From Candidatus Stahliibacteriota bacterium (lineage in GTDB: Bacteria; Hydrothermota; UBA3072): 45,376 nucleotides of DNA. Positions 7,908 through 18,068 of the stretch are shown one piece after another. The notes beneath the pieces are model-generated. The model did no database searches. It saw nothing but the letters and a program-made list of their open reading frames with translations, and was not told the origin of the DNA. Positions within the stretch are counted from its first letter, which is position 1. Each line of letters begins with the position of its first letter. Position numbers and translations under genes: made by a program. The stretch lies in NCBI GenBank assembly GCA_030668705.1, contig DAOVFB010000002.1:1-45376 (forward strand). Reading direction: 5' to 3'.

Positions 7908-10385
7908 ATGGGTAAATTAATCCTTCTTATTGACGGCTACTCTCTTGCATACCGCTCGTACTATGCTTTCATAAATAATCCACTGACTACTTCCGGGGGA
8001 CAACCGGTATCTGCCGTATTTGGCTTTACCCGAAGTTTAAAAAGGGTTCTTGAAGAATTAAAGCCGGATTACGGTGCTATCTGTCTCGATCGTCCCGAGC
8101 TTACTTTCAGAAAGAAAAAATATGCCGATTATAAAGCGCAAAGAAAAAAGATGCCAGAAGAACTTAGAGAACAAATTCCTTATATTATCAAAATATGTGA
8201 AGCAGCTGGGCTTTCAGTTATTACCCAACCTGGTTATGAAGCTGACGATATAATTGCTACTATAACAGGGAAAGCACGCGCTGAAGGAATAGAAACAGTA
8301 ATATTCACTCTGGATAAAGACCTAATGCAACTTACTGAGGATGGAGTAACCATATTAAATATGCGCACAGCGGGAGAAGAATGGATAGATAGGGAAAAAG
8401 TGGAGGAAAAATTTGGAATTCCCCCAGAACAATTATTGGATTTTCTTTCAATCACTGGAGATAGCTCTGATAATATACCCGGTATTAAAGGCATAGGGAA
8501 AAAAACAGCCAGCAAATTATTAGAAGAATTTGGTTCCCTTGAAAATATCTTTTCCAGCCTGGACAATATCAAAAACCCCTCGATAAGGAAAAAATTGGAA
8601 GGAAAAAAAGATGAAGCATTGAGATGGAAAGAATTAATACAATTAGAAAAAGATGTTCCTCTGGAGAAAGACATAGAAGAATTAAAGTATACCGGAATTA
8701 ACCGGGAAGATTTAGAACGGATACTTAATCAACTTGAGTTCTATTCTCTTTCAAGGGAATGGGTAAGGAAGGATACGAACTCTATTGATTATACTATTGT
8801 TGATAGAATAAAGATAGGGAAAAGAGATAATCTATCCCTCTTTCCAATAGAAGAAAATATAGCCATATCTAATGGAAGGGAACTAATGGTATGCAGTGAA
8901 AAAGAAGTCAACTCTATTCTACATAAAATGGACTGGAATTCATTGCTTACCGAAGATGCAAAAGAAATTGCCCATCTTCTCGGTTATTACCCTGAAGGTC
9001 ATATACTGGATATTTCGGTTATGCACTACCTGCTTTCACCAAACAGAAAGAACCATACACTAAACCGTATTCTTATTGAAATGGGGCTTTCGGTAAAAAA
9101 TGAAGGAGCTAAGGCAATTCTCCTGCATAAAGTGGCGGAAAACCTGGTAAATAATTTAAAGGCAAATGGTCTATTCGAACTTTATAAAGAGATAGAAGAA
9201 CCACTTATAGGTATATTGTTTTCCATGGAGAAACACGGAATACTTTTTAATATAGAGTTACTTAAAGAGCTTCAAGCCTCCATGGGAATAGAAATCAAGG
9301 AGACCGAGCAGAAGATATATGAACTGGCTGGCGAGGAATTTAATATCCGTTCATCCAAACAATTGGCAGAAATCCTGTTTACCAAGATGGGGTTACCTGT
9401 AGTGAAAACCACAAAGACAGGTTGCTCCACCGATATAGAGGTTCTCACCGCCCTATTAAACAGAAATCCTATAATAGCAGAAATATTGGAGTTTAGAGAA
9501 ATAGATAAATTAAAATCATCCTATATAAATTCTTTGATTGATTGCATTGACACCGAAACCGGGCGCATCTACACTACGTTCCAGCAGACTGTGGCCGCTA
9601 CGGGAAGAATTACAGCCAGAGACCCAAATTTACAAACACTCCCGATAAGAAGTGATAGAGGCCGGATGATAAGACAAGCAGTTATTGCTCCACCCGGATA
9701 TCATATTCTCTCATGTGATTATTCTCAAATAGAACTCAGAGTACTAGCGCATCTCTCAGGTGATGAAAAATTGATAGAGGATTTCATAAAAGGGGGTGAT
9801 ATTCATTCCATAACTGCCTCAAGAATTTTCGGCATTGAGCCAGGAGATGTTACAGCAGCCATGAGAAGGCGGGCAAAAGCGGTAAACTTTGGTATCATTT
9901 ACGGGATAAGTCCTTATGGACTCTCAAAACAACTCCGTATAACTCCAAAAGATGCCGGTATGATAATAGAGACTTATTACTCATCTCACAGCGGTGTGGA
10001 AAGCTGGCAAAAGGAAACAATAGATGCAGCTATTGATTCAGGTTGGGTTGAAACAATTTTCAGAAGAAAAAGGTGGATTCCTGAATTGCAAAATCTACGG
10101 CAGAAGGAGTATGGAAAAAGAATTGCTATGAATAGCCCTATACAGGGTAGTGCAGCAGACATCGTAAAAAAAGCTATGATAACGATTCAGGAAAGAATAG
10201 AAAAACTTGGATTAGATACCAGGATGATTCTCCAGATTCACGATGAGCTCCTCTTCGAGGTCCCGGAAAGAGAAAAGAGGGATATAATTGACCTAATTAT
10301 ACCAATTATGGAGTCTGTTATTGATTTAAGGGTTCCCCTAAAGGTAGGATACAAGCTTGGCGAGAACTGGGATGAAGCGCATTAG
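7908..10385 (+). CDS. polA: DNA polymerase I (5'-3' exonuclease plus polymerase; short, degenerate 3'-5' exonuclease domain)
   Basis: LIDGYSLAYRSYYA, YEADD, GDSSDNIPG; motif A DYSQIELR, motif B RRRAKAVNFGIIYG, motif C QIHDEL. Start moved from 7887 to 7908. Confidence 0.97.
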   Translation: MGKLILLIDGYSLAYRSYYAFINNPLTTSGGQPVSAVFGFTRSLKRVLEELKPDYGAICLDRPELTFRKKKYADYKAQRKKMPEELREQIPYIIKICEAAGLSVITQPGYEADDIIATITGKARAEGIETVIFTLDKDLMQLTEDGVTILNMRTAGEEWIDREKVEEKFGIPPEQLLDFLSITGDSSDNIPGIKGIGKKTASKLLEEFGSLENIFSSLDNIKNPSIRKKLEGKKDEALRWKELIQLEKDVPLEKDIEELKYTGINREDLERILNQLEFYSLSREWVRKDTNSIDYTIVDRIKIGKRDNLSLFPIEENIAISNGRELMVCSEKEVNSILHKMDWNSLLTEDAKEIAHLLGYYPEGHILDISVMHYLLSPNRKNHTLNRILIEMGLSVKNEGAKAILLHKVAENLVNNLKANGLFELYKEIEEPLIGILFSMEKHGILFNIELLKELQASMGIEIKETEQKIYELAGEEFNIRSSKQLAEILFTKMGLPVVKTTKTGCSTDIEVLTALLNRNPIIAEILEFREIDKLKSSYINSLIDCIDTETGRIYTTFQQTVAATGRITARDPNLQTLPIRSDRGRMIRQAVIAPPGYHILSCDYSQIELRVLAHLSGDEKLIEDFIKGGDIHSITASRIFGIEPGDVTAAMRRRAKAVNFGIIYGISPYGLSKQLRITPKDAGMIIETYYSSHSGVESWQKETIDAAIDSGWVETIFRRKRWIPELQNLRQKEYGKRIAMNSPIQGSAADIVKKAMITIQERIEKLGLDTRMILQIHDELLFEVPEREKRDIIDLIIPIMESVIDLRVPLKVGYKLGENWDEAH

Positions 10386-10440
10386 GACAGATACATCTCT
10401 TAATGTGAATTGCAAAATTATCCCCTCCTCCCCCTTTTTT

Positions 10441-10470
10441 GACACAGATTTCCACTGATTAAAACTGATT
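10441..10470 (+). repeat. Isolated copy of repeat block B (three 10-bp units)
   Basis: GACACAGATTTCCACTGATTAAAACTGATT matches the GACACAGATTTACAC(A/T)GAT...AACTGATT blocks at 6826, 7333 and 7402, in the same orientation. Confidence 0.75.
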
Positions 10471-10511
10471 TTGATTAAACCCACCATCCCCGCAACCATT
10501 GGGTTACTTAG

Positions 10512-11060
10512 CTACCTTATCGGTAGGACGGTAAGCCTGACCTGATCTATCCAGACGGTTCCGCTACCTTCAACAATCATGTTTAACTGGACGATATCAA
10601 CTTTGCGTTTTTCCATTACCAGAAATTCTACTTCCATTTTCTCCCAATCAGTTGTCCCGCATAAACTATCCCTTGAACAATGAAGAAACGTCTCGACACC
10701 CTTGCCGTACTTTCCAGGAATCTGAACACCTATTTCTAAAAAGGCCTTACCTTTTAAATCTTTCGATTTACAGTAAACCTCCCATACGAGTTTTGGCCTC
10801 TCAACAGGAATATCCCTCAACACAAATAGATAGGCAGTAGTGGTATCTTCACAATCTATCCTTATAGATCCCAATCCATCATATGAGACCTTATTATCCA
10901 GTTTAATATTGAATTTCGCAATAGTTCTCGCCAGTGAATTAACAGGAAAATTATATACTAATGGTTTCTCCTTTTTACAACTTAAGAGAAAAAACAACAA
11001 AAATACTACAGGCAGGATAAAATGCCCACGCCTAAATTGACCTTTACTATAACCAATCAA
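10512..11060 (-). CDS. Putative lipoprotein with a carbohydrate-binding-like beta-sandwich
   Basis: Lipobox FLLSC after a hydrophobic run; GTTDW and GSGTVWIDQVRL are typical of galactose-binding-like folds. Start uncertain: ORF track gives 11111, and TTG 11060 follows the upstream stop. Confidence 0.65.
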   Translation of the reverse strand: MIGYSKGQFRRGHFILPVVFLLFFLLSCKKEKPLVYNFPVNSLARTIAKFNIKLDNKVSYDGLGSIRIDCEDTTTAYLFVLRDIPVERPKLVWEVYCKSKDLKGKAFLEIGVQIPGKYGKGVETFLHCSRDSLCGTTDWEKMEVEFLVMEKRKVDIVQLNMIVEGSGTVWIDQVRLTVLPIR

Positions 11061-11062
11061 CC

Positions 11063-11503
11063 TTAGCCAAACTCTCTCGCATATATTTGATTTAAACCAA
11101 GTACCCTGCATGTCTCATTCACCTCCTCCTTTAATTTTAGAAGATTTCTTGCAAAGAAAAGATGAGAAGGGGCACTTGAATCAGAGGAACCGAACCCAGG
11201 GATATAACTCAGATTCCCTGATAATTTATTTGCCATCTCTTCTTCTTTTCCAGGTTTTACAGTCAAAGCAAAAACCCATTCTACAACTTTAAGGTGAGGA
11301 ACTATGTAATCGATATGCCAATGTGGGTTTTGAACACCTCCCTTCTCTATATTATTTAGATGCCTGTCTAATCTGTGGATTCCCGAGAGAGCAGATCCTA
11401 TATAGGCATAATACCCACTTTGAAATAATATCCTGCCAAGCTTACCCACCCCTATATTTTTCTCCGAAGAGAGCTTAAGTATTAAAATGTATATGCCCTT
11501 CAC
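11063..11503 (-). CDS. DUF123 / GIY-YIG (Uri) family putative endonuclease
   Basis: KGIYIL, GYYAYIGSA, HWHIDY, GFGSSD and SHLF motifs. Confidence 0.85.
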   Translation of the reverse strand: MKGIYILILKLSSEKNIGVGKLGRILFQSGYYAYIGSALSGIHRLDRHLNNIEKGGVQNPHWHIDYIVPHLKVVEWVFALTVKPGKEEEMANKLSGNLSYIPGFGSSDSSAPSHLFFARNLLKLKEEVNETCRVLGLNQIYAREFG

Positions 11504-12264
11504 TTCATAAGTTCCCTGTAAAGTTTAACTACTTCATAAACACTTAAGGATTCGGCTCTACGTTCCAAAGGAAAATTTATATTCTTTATATCATAATCAA
11601 AAAGGTTATTCTTTAATGTTTTTCTCCTGTAGCGAAATATATCTTGCAAGAAGCGCTCAAAGCCGTCCGATACTTCTATCATAGGCTTCTTTCTGAGTGA
11701 GGCTTTTACCACTGCGGAAGTTACCTCGGGTGCAGGGAAAAATGACCGTGGGGGAATATCGAATTCAATATCCATTTGATATAGTATTTGAAAGAGAATA
11801 GATAGTGAAGAGTATGATTTTTCATTAGGTGTGGAGGTCAAACGTGTAGCTACTTCCTTTTGCATAACAACAACCCATTCCTTAAAATGATTCCTGTATT
11901 CCTTCAATCGAAGAAGTATCTTAATAGATACTGAAAATGGCAGCGCACCAACTATAACACGAGGCAGGGAATCATCAATGGAGAATTCGAGAAAATCATC
12001 ATTTATTACCTCTACACCCATACTTCTTAAATATTTACAAAAATCCGTATCAACCTCTACAGCCTCAACTTCATACCCCTTTTCAATTAGATGCTTTGTT
12101 ATAATCCCAAGACCCGGCCCAATCTCAAGAACCCTCGCATCCCCTACACAACCTACCAAATCAGCAATTTTCTGTGCTATATTTTCGTCCAGAAGTAAGG
12201 TTTGTCCCCGCGATTTCGAAAGATATTTATCTCCTAAGATTCGCTTAATGTCTTCAACCTTCAT
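11500..12264 (-). CDS. rsmA: 16S rRNA m6,2A dimethyltransferase RsmA/KsgA
   Basis: KSRGQ, VLEIGPGLG, MQKEVA.RL, FFPAPEVTS, RRKTLKNNL, RAESL; motif IV reads ALPF. Confidence 0.9.
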   Translation of the reverse strand: MKVEDIKRILGDKYLSKSRGQTLLLDENIAQKIADLVGCVGDARVLEIGPGLGIITKHLIEKGYEVEAVEVDTDFCKYLRSMGVEVINDDFLEFSIDDSLPRVIVGALPFSVSIKILLRLKEYRNHFKEWVVVMQKEVATRLTSTPNEKSYSSLSILFQILYQMDIEFDIPPRSFFPAPEVTSAVVKASLRKKPMIEVSDGFERFLQDIFRYRRKTLKNNLFDYDIKNINFPLERRAESLSVYEVVKLYRELMK

Positions 12265-12307
12265 GACATCGAATTAGCACTGGAGGATTTTTTAATAATG
12301 ACAAGCA

Positions 12308-13309
12308 TTATAAAGAAAGTAATTGGGGGCGTACTCTCCCCAATTCTATATCCAGATCTATCAATTCCTGACAAGCCTTATCATAGTCCCCTCCTGCTTC
12401 CCAAAGTATAAACCCATCTCCTCTTGAATCATAAACAGCTCTTAGCTGATTCTTTATATATTCCTTACCTAACTTTGATTGTTTCCAATTAAAGGCTTGA
12501 ATGTAAGGAGTTATTCGGATTCCCTTATTTGATAACCTTTCTCTTGCTTTTTTTATTGACCTATAGATGATTGAATATGTTCGCCATTCCTTTGTTGAGT
12601 CAGCCATAAAAGCATTTCTGAAATGAGAAGGGTATAACATTGGATAAACAGCATCCACCTTCTCCGCCATTTTCTCGAGATTTTGCCCTTCTTTTATGAG
12701 AACATCTCCCCAGACGGCATAACCATACAGTGTAAGAGATATCTTCCGCCCCGGTGGTGCATGAGTAATAGCTGTATCCAGAAATTGAAGGAGTCGGCTG
12801 AGTTTATTGGTATTATTTTTATACCGTTTACTCCCTGAGGGATAACGGATATAATCAAACTGGACTTCATCAAAACCTATCTCATACGCTTTTTCTATAA
12901 TGCGTAAATTGTAGTTTCTAACTTCTTTTAGCGAAGGATCTGTCCAGTATCCCGACTTTTCCTCAAACCATATATTTCCCTTAGTATCCTTTAGTGCATA
13001 CCTACCGGAGTCTTTAAGAGCAAAATACCTGTCCTTAAAGACACATTGTCTTGCTATCAGGTATATTCCCTTCTCTTTTGCCACCTTTATAAAATCGCTA
13101 TAGAGAGAAAACATAACTCTACCTTTAACGTCTTTAATATCAATAACAGCAGTGTTAAGCAGTCCCAGATCTACCATCTGATAGAACTTATTCAAACCAT
13201 AACTGGAATGGATAACTCCGGGTGAGAGATATATTCCTTTAATTAAAGGTGGAGTGTTATCTGCCACCGGTATATCTCTCGGAGAGAAACAAAATAAAAG
13301 TAGAAGCAT
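12308..13309 (-). CDS. Putative glycoside hydrolase, DUF4015 family, exported
   Basis: IKGIY, NTAVIDIKD, IARQCVFKD, GFDEVQFDYIRYP, PMLYPSHF, PYIQAF. Confidence 0.85.
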   Translation of the reverse strand: MLLLLFCFSPRDIPVADNTPPLIKGIYLSPGVIHSSYGLNKFYQMVDLGLLNTAVIDIKDVKGRVMFSLYSDFIKVAKEKGIYLIARQCVFKDRYFALKDSGRYALKDTKGNIWFEEKSGYWTDPSLKEVRNYNLRIIEKAYEIGFDEVQFDYIRYPSGSKRYKNNTNKLSRLLQFLDTAITHAPPGRKISLTLYGYAVWGDVLIKEGQNLEKMAEKVDAVYPMLYPSHFRNAFMADSTKEWRTYSIIYRSIKKARERLSNKGIRITPYIQAFNWKQSKLGKEYIKNQLRAVYDSRGDGFILWEAGGDYDKACQELIDLDIELGRVRPQLLSL

Positions 13310-13325
13310 TTATTAAAGTATAGCA
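13310..13325 (-). promoter_or_regulatory. Extended -10 promoter (TGcTATACT) 7 nt before the ATG (leaderless)
   Basis: The minus strand reads TGC TATACT ttaataa ATG. Confidence 0.6.
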
Positions 13326-13395
13326 GTTTTCAATTGGTAGCCACTATGAGCATTGAATATACCCCTGCACGCATCAACTAATTTACTCATATACC

Positions 13396-14643
13396 CTATA
13401 ACTGATGTACAAACAGTCCTGACCTTAACTTAGGTTCAAACCATGTGGATTTAGGAGGCATATTGAGGCCTTCGTCAGCAACCGACATCAATTCCTCCAT
13501 CGATGTTGGATAGAGAGCAAATGCCAGGGCGAACTTCCCTGAATCTATGAGGTACAGAAGGCCCTCTAATCCTTTAATCCCTCCAACAAAATCTATCCTA
13601 TCAGATTGTTTCGGCTTCTTTATCGAAAGTATTGGATTGAGGAGATTTGCCTGAAGAATAGAAGCATCGATAGAGCCCACAACATCGTCTTTTAGGAAAG
13701 TGCCTTCCCTGGCTATCAAATGAAACCATCGCCCGTCAAGATACATCCCAAAATGATGTTTAGCCTCTGGTTCATATCTTCCACTCACTTCTTCAATTAT
13801 AAAATCCTTGCCTATTCTATCAATAAATTCTTTCTTGTTAAGACCGTTTAAGTCCTTTACCACTCGATTATAAGCCATTATCTTTAGTTCGGTATGGGGG
13901 AATATTACCGAAAGAAAATAATTGTACTCCTCTCTTCCAGTGTGATTTGGGTTCCCTTTTCTTCTGACTTCCCTTACAAGACTGGCTGACTTTGACCGAT
14001 GATGACCATCAGCAATATAAAGTGATTCCGCTCTTTTTATTATATTTTGTATCTCTTCAATCTCTTTTACTTCATCTATCCTCCAGACAGTATGGAGTAC
14101 ACCACCATCGCCCTCAAATTTATATAGTGATTCCCTCTTTCGTATTCTTTCATAGATATCGTGCAATCCAGCCGTGCTATCATCATCACGGTAGGAAAGG
14201 AATACTGGACCAGTTTGTGCATTTAAGATATCTATGTGCCTTGTTCTATCTTCCTCTTTAGCTTTTCGAGTGAGTTCGTGCTTTTTTATCTGATCTTTAT
14301 CGTATTCATCCACAGATGCCAGACATACAAGTCCATTTTGAATATGGGCACCAATCCCTTGAGTATATAAATAGAAAGAGGGAGAATCCTCTCCTATGAG
14401 ATGCCCCTCGTTTATTAAAATGTTCAAGTTCTCTCTGCTTTTCTCATACACTCTATCATCATAGGTATCAATCCCATCCGGTAAATCAATCTCTGCCTTT
14501 ACAACATGCAAAAAACTAATAGGATTATCTTTTGTGAGTTCCTTCGCCTCAGTTCTCCCCAAAACATCGTAGGGAGGAGATGCTACCTTTGCTACCTCTT
14601 CCTTCTTTGGTCTTAGTGCTTTAAAAGGTCTTATCCTTGCCAT
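13396..14643 (-). CDS. DUF1015 family protein
   Basis: IRPFKALRP, ASPPYDV, IKKHELT, YIADGHHR, MPPKSTWFEPKLRSGL. Confidence 0.92.
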   Translation of the reverse strand: MARIRPFKALRPKKEEVAKVASPPYDVLGRTEAKELTKDNPISFLHVVKAEIDLPDGIDTYDDRVYEKSRENLNILINEGHLIGEDSPSFYLYTQGIGAHIQNGLVCLASVDEYDKDQIKKHELTRKAKEEDRTRHIDILNAQTGPVFLSYRDDDSTAGLHDIYERIRKRESLYKFEGDGGVLHTVWRIDEVKEIEEIQNIIKRAESLYIADGHHRSKSASLVREVRRKGNPNHTGREEYNYFLSVIFPHTELKIMAYNRVVKDLNGLNKKEFIDRIGKDFIIEEVSGRYEPEAKHHFGMYLDGRWFHLIAREGTFLKDDVVGSIDASILQANLLNPILSIKKPKQSDRIDFVGGIKGLEGLLYLIDSGKFALAFALYPTSMEELMSVADEGLNMPPKSTWFEPKLRSGLFVHQL

Positions 14644-15359
14644 TACTTGCCTCCTCTCTTTAGGTGTTTCTTTATCTCATCCCAGTTTTTTAATGCATCT
14701 TTAAAAATTCTGAATCCCTTTATTCCATCAACAAGTAAGCCTTCCTCTTCATAGAATGGTATACCTGCTATCCTATACCGGTGGAACACAAAGTCAATAT
14801 CCGCATCGAGAATATCGGCTCTTGTATGTGCTTGTATTGAAAGAAACATAACTCTTGTGAGTTCCTTTGCATCTTTGTAAGTATACTCTGCTCCTATCAT
14901 ATGCTTAGGAGTTGTCCCTATAAGTTTTGGCGGATCCACTGTAAATTGAAATCCTGGCTCATCCATCAATTGGTACCTGTTGGTAATGCCAAAAGCAGGC
15001 ACAAAGAAAATCATCTTCTTCTCAGCATTCCTATCTTTGAATAAACCGGTAAGCAACTTACTGAATCGGCGGTTTATGAGTAACTCCTCGGGGATATCCT
15101 GATAATTTAATGAATATTGTTCTTTTATGGAGATAGTCGTCTGAATCTGCCACATGGGAAGATAATATAACGGCCTTTTCCCAACTTCTTTTAGGGGCTT
15201 TGCATAAATGACATCCACTTTCTTAAACCTATCTCCTTCAAGTTGAAATCCCAGGCCGCAAACTGAACAAAAATATACGCAATCTTCTTCTTTACTATCA
15301 ATTTCTTCCCCACATTCCGGACACCGGAATGGGATTAGTTTAATATCATTCTGTCCCAT
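14643..15359 (-). CDS. Zinc-ribbon domain protein
   Basis: N-terminal CPECG...CSVCG; YYLPMW; its stop overlaps the DUF1015 start (TAATG). Confidence 0.8.
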   Translation of the reverse strand: MGQNDIKLIPFRCPECGEEIDSKEEDCVYFCSVCGLGFQLEGDRFKKVDVIYAKPLKEVGKRPLYYLPMWQIQTTISIKEQYSLNYQDIPEELLINRRFSKLLTGLFKDRNAEKKMIFFVPAFGITNRYQLMDEPGFQFTVDPPKLIGTTPKHMIGAEYTYKDAKELTRVMFLSIQAHTRADILDADIDFVFHRYRIAGIPFYEEEGLLVDGIKGFRIFKDALKNWDEIKKHLKRGGK

Positions 15360-16305
15360 ATTGCAACTCCCATATAAGAAAGAGCACTGCCAGACCTACC
15401 AGAAGAGTCCATCCCCTACCTATAACCGAAGGAAGTACAGAAATTGTAACCCCGGCCAGACCAATAATAGCATACAGGGGATTTAACTTAATCACCCTTC
15501 TCTCTTTCTTGCGAACCACTGCTTCTTTAATCAATACTTCTCCGGAAACTGCATCAATGGAATATGTATAAGGAACACCATCCACTTCCAGACGTGAGAA
15601 ATATACAGGACAATAGTAAACGATGGCGCTCTTCTTGATTGCTCTGAGGTTCCATTTAAACTTATCCCATCCACGATATTCCCCGGTAATATTGCTTATC
15701 AGTGTATCTTCTCCCTGTTTCAAGTATTCCTTGATTGACAAAGGCAGATCGAATACATTACCGAACTGGTGCAAAAGGCTATCATCATATGGTTCGAATT
15801 TCTTCTCCTCGAGTTTTATCCTTTCTATCCCAAAACGATAAAAATTTGAGGGGTCTATTCTCATTTCCAGAATGCGTCTTACCTTCTTTTTTACTCTCTT
15901 CTCTCCTACAACTCGAGTTCCAATAGAAGAGGACCCACGGGGGTAAGTTCCACTGGAAAGCAAATTGGCCTGGCTTCCACCTGAACTATCGTAGTGATAA
16001 TCCTTTTTCACCTCTCCCTTCTTATACCCGTGTATCCATCCAATTATCTCTGCCCTGAGTTTTATCATGGGGATAAAAAGCAGGTCCAGATCGATAATCT
16101 TTGCATCCTTTCCAGCAATGCTTTTTATTATACCTCGTGGATTCTTTACAACAGGTCTTGAAAAGACCCTGGGCATTCCTAATCGCTCGGTTATGAGGAG
16201 TCTACTCCCACAGTAGTCGCATTGAACATTAGTATGCCCTTCCAGGGCATTTACCTCAGCCCCGCAATTGGGGCATACAAAGGAAATGACAACTCTTTCA
16301 GACAT
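15346..16305 (-). CDS. Zinc-ribbon protein with C-terminal transmembrane hairpin (YdjG-like architecture)
   Basis: CPNCG...CDYCG; IDAVSGE; two hydrophobic C-terminal segments. Start moved from 16323 to ATG 16305. Confidence 0.8.
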   Translation of the reverse strand: MSERVVISFVCPNCGAEVNALEGHTNVQCDYCGSRLLITERLGMPRVFSRPVVKNPRGIIKSIAGKDAKIIDLDLLFIPMIKLRAEIIGWIHGYKKGEVKKDYHYDSSGGSQANLLSSGTYPRGSSSIGTRVVGEKRVKKKVRRILEMRIDPSNFYRFGIERIKLEEKKFEPYDDSLLHQFGNVFDLPLSIKEYLKQGEDTLISNITGEYRGWDKFKWNLRAIKKSAIVYYCPVYFSRLEVDGVPYTYSIDAVSGEVLIKEAVVRKKERRVIKLNPLYAIIGLAGVTISVLPSVIGRGWTLLVGLAVLFLIWELQYGTE

Positions 16306-16960
16306 TTTCCCTCTGATATTCAAAGAAGTAAAAACCTACAGTAATTGAAATGGCTATAAAAATCTTAAGGATTGGATTAAAGGGTAAGAATAAGACAAGG
16401 AGTGAAACAATTAACCAGTTAAGAATAGCCAATGGATGTTTATTCATGTTTACTTCTCTCCTAGAGAGCAGGGTGTTAGAAAGAATATTTCCCGTTGCTG
16501 CATCTACATAGTAGATAGTATCACCATCTAATGCGGTAAAGAAAGGCAAATAGACTATGACTATTGAATCTGCCTTTTCAAGCCCGGCCATATCAAGCGC
16601 AACATCTACTGAATACTCAGGTTCCTCAACATCAAAGGTTAGCGGCACTCTATCCCCACGAGGAACATACCGGTCTATACCGTATAAATCAATTGCTTTT
16701 CCAGGGATAAAATGGGTTTCACCCTCTCTTACTATCCTATAGAATGGGAAATACTCCATCTCTACAGTTAATTTCTTCCCCGCAAAGTTCTTAAGGAGTT
16801 TTACGGCAACAGAGGAGTGGTGTGTGGGTTTTATAGATTCACGCGATAAGAATACACCCTTCCTGTAAACTAAATGAACACCGCAATATGGACATTTTCT
16901 GATGATACGGTCAGTTCCTACATCTATTAATGCATCACATTGTGGGCAATGAATCTTCAT
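16298..16960 (-). CDS. Zinc-ribbon protein with C-terminal transmembrane hairpin
   Basis: CPQC...CPYCG; YFPFY and YLPFF; VDAATGN; two hydrophobic C-terminal segments. Confidence 0.8.
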   Translation of the reverse strand: MKIHCPQCDALIDVGTDRIIRKCPYCGVHLVYRKGVFLSRESIKPTHHSSVAVKLLKNFAGKKLTVEMEYFPFYRIVREGETHFIPGKAIDLYGIDRYVPRGDRVPLTFDVEEPEYSVDVALDMAGLEKADSIVIVYLPFFTALDGDTIYYVDAATGNILSNTLLSRREVNMNKHPLAILNWLIVSLLVLFLPFNPILKIFIAISITVGFYFFEYQRENV

Positions 16961-17023
16961 CTACTACTTTTTAAGAAAAACCGCAGAATATTATGTTCCT
17001 GATATGACATTTCATAAAGAACT

Positions 17024-18067
17024 TTATAGCTTCTTTCCGCAGCCAGGACAGAATTTTGAATCAGGTGGAATTTCTTTTCCACATTCAGGGCAAAAACGGC
17101 TTCCCTCTAATTTTGCTCCACATTTAGGACAGAATTTTGCATCATCTGGAACTGGTTTCCCACACAGAGGACAACTCCGGCTGGGAGTTGCTCCAGAATC
17201 CTTTTCTTCTGTAGTTCTCTGTTCCCTACCTTTCTGAAGCATGCCCGGAATCATCGCACCCATACCAATACCTGCACCAACACCAACCCCCGTGCCTGCT
17301 GCTCCACCTTCCTGAGATGCAGCATCCCTGAGAGCCTTTGCAGCCTGAAACTGAGTAAACTTATCCAGGTCCCCTACAACCCCCATACCTGTCCTTTCAT
17401 CTATTATCTTTTGTACCTCAGGGGGAGGCGTTATTGATCTTATATAAAAATCCGTAAGATTAAGACCATATTTATCGAAATCTTCATCTATTCTTGATTT
17501 CGCACCGGCCGAGAGTTCATCATAATCCCTGGCAAGATCAAAGATGGTAGAATAAGTCTCACCAAGGAAATCAGTCAATCTTGAGATGATAACATTCTTA
17601 AAGAAGTTCTCAATCTCGTCTCTATCCGTGATGCTCTCTGTTCCAACAATCTTATTCACAAATAACTGGGGCTGTTCGACTCTATACGAATATATTCCAT
17701 TAGCTCTTATCCTTATCATCTTGAGCTCTTTATCTCTGAAGGGAACGGGTTCCTGTGTTCCCCATTTCGCATTGGTGAAGACCCTTTTACTAACGAAATA
17801 TACCTCGACCCGAAATGGGCTCTTCCCCCCAAAGACAGCACCCACTACTCTCTTGAGAACCGGAAGGTTGGCAGTTGTCAACGTATGTCTCCCTGGTCCA
17901 AAGGTATCAAGAGCCCTGCCATCCCGGAAGAACACTGCTGATTGGTTCTCTCTTACTATGAGCTGACTACCCAGGGAAGTTTCTGCTGAACCATCCTGTG
18001 GAATCCTATGAACTATCTCATTACCCTCATCATTTAAAAACTCGATAACTTCCAGAAATAGAGACAC
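17024..18067 (-). CDS. SPFH (band 7) domain protein, YdjI-like, with C-terminal double zinc ribbon
   Basis: GSQLIVRENQSAVFFRDG, GPGRHTLTTANLP, KWGT; Gly-rich linker; four CPxCG motifs at the C-terminus. Confidence 0.9.
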   Translation of the reverse strand: MSLFLEVIEFLNDEGNEIVHRIPQDGSAETSLGSQLIVRENQSAVFFRDGRALDTFGPGRHTLTTANLPVLKRVVGAVFGGKSPFRVEVYFVSKRVFTNAKWGTQEPVPFRDKELKMIRIRANGIYSYRVEQPQLFVNKIVGTESITDRDEIENFFKNVIISRLTDFLGETYSTIFDLARDYDELSAGAKSRIDEDFDKYGLNLTDFYIRSITPPPEVQKIIDERTGMGVVGDLDKFTQFQAAKALRDAASQEGGAAGTGVGVGAGIGMGAMIPGMLQKGREQRTTEEKDSGATPSRSCPLCGKPVPDDAKFCPKCGAKLEGSRFCPECGKEIPPDSKFCPGCGKKL

Positions 18068-18068
18068 T

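Noticed and set aside
11063-11503. GIY-YIG gene as a homing endonuclease or mobile element
   Set aside because: It is the short stand-alone DUF123 type, translationally coupled to rsmA, with no intron or element ends around it.
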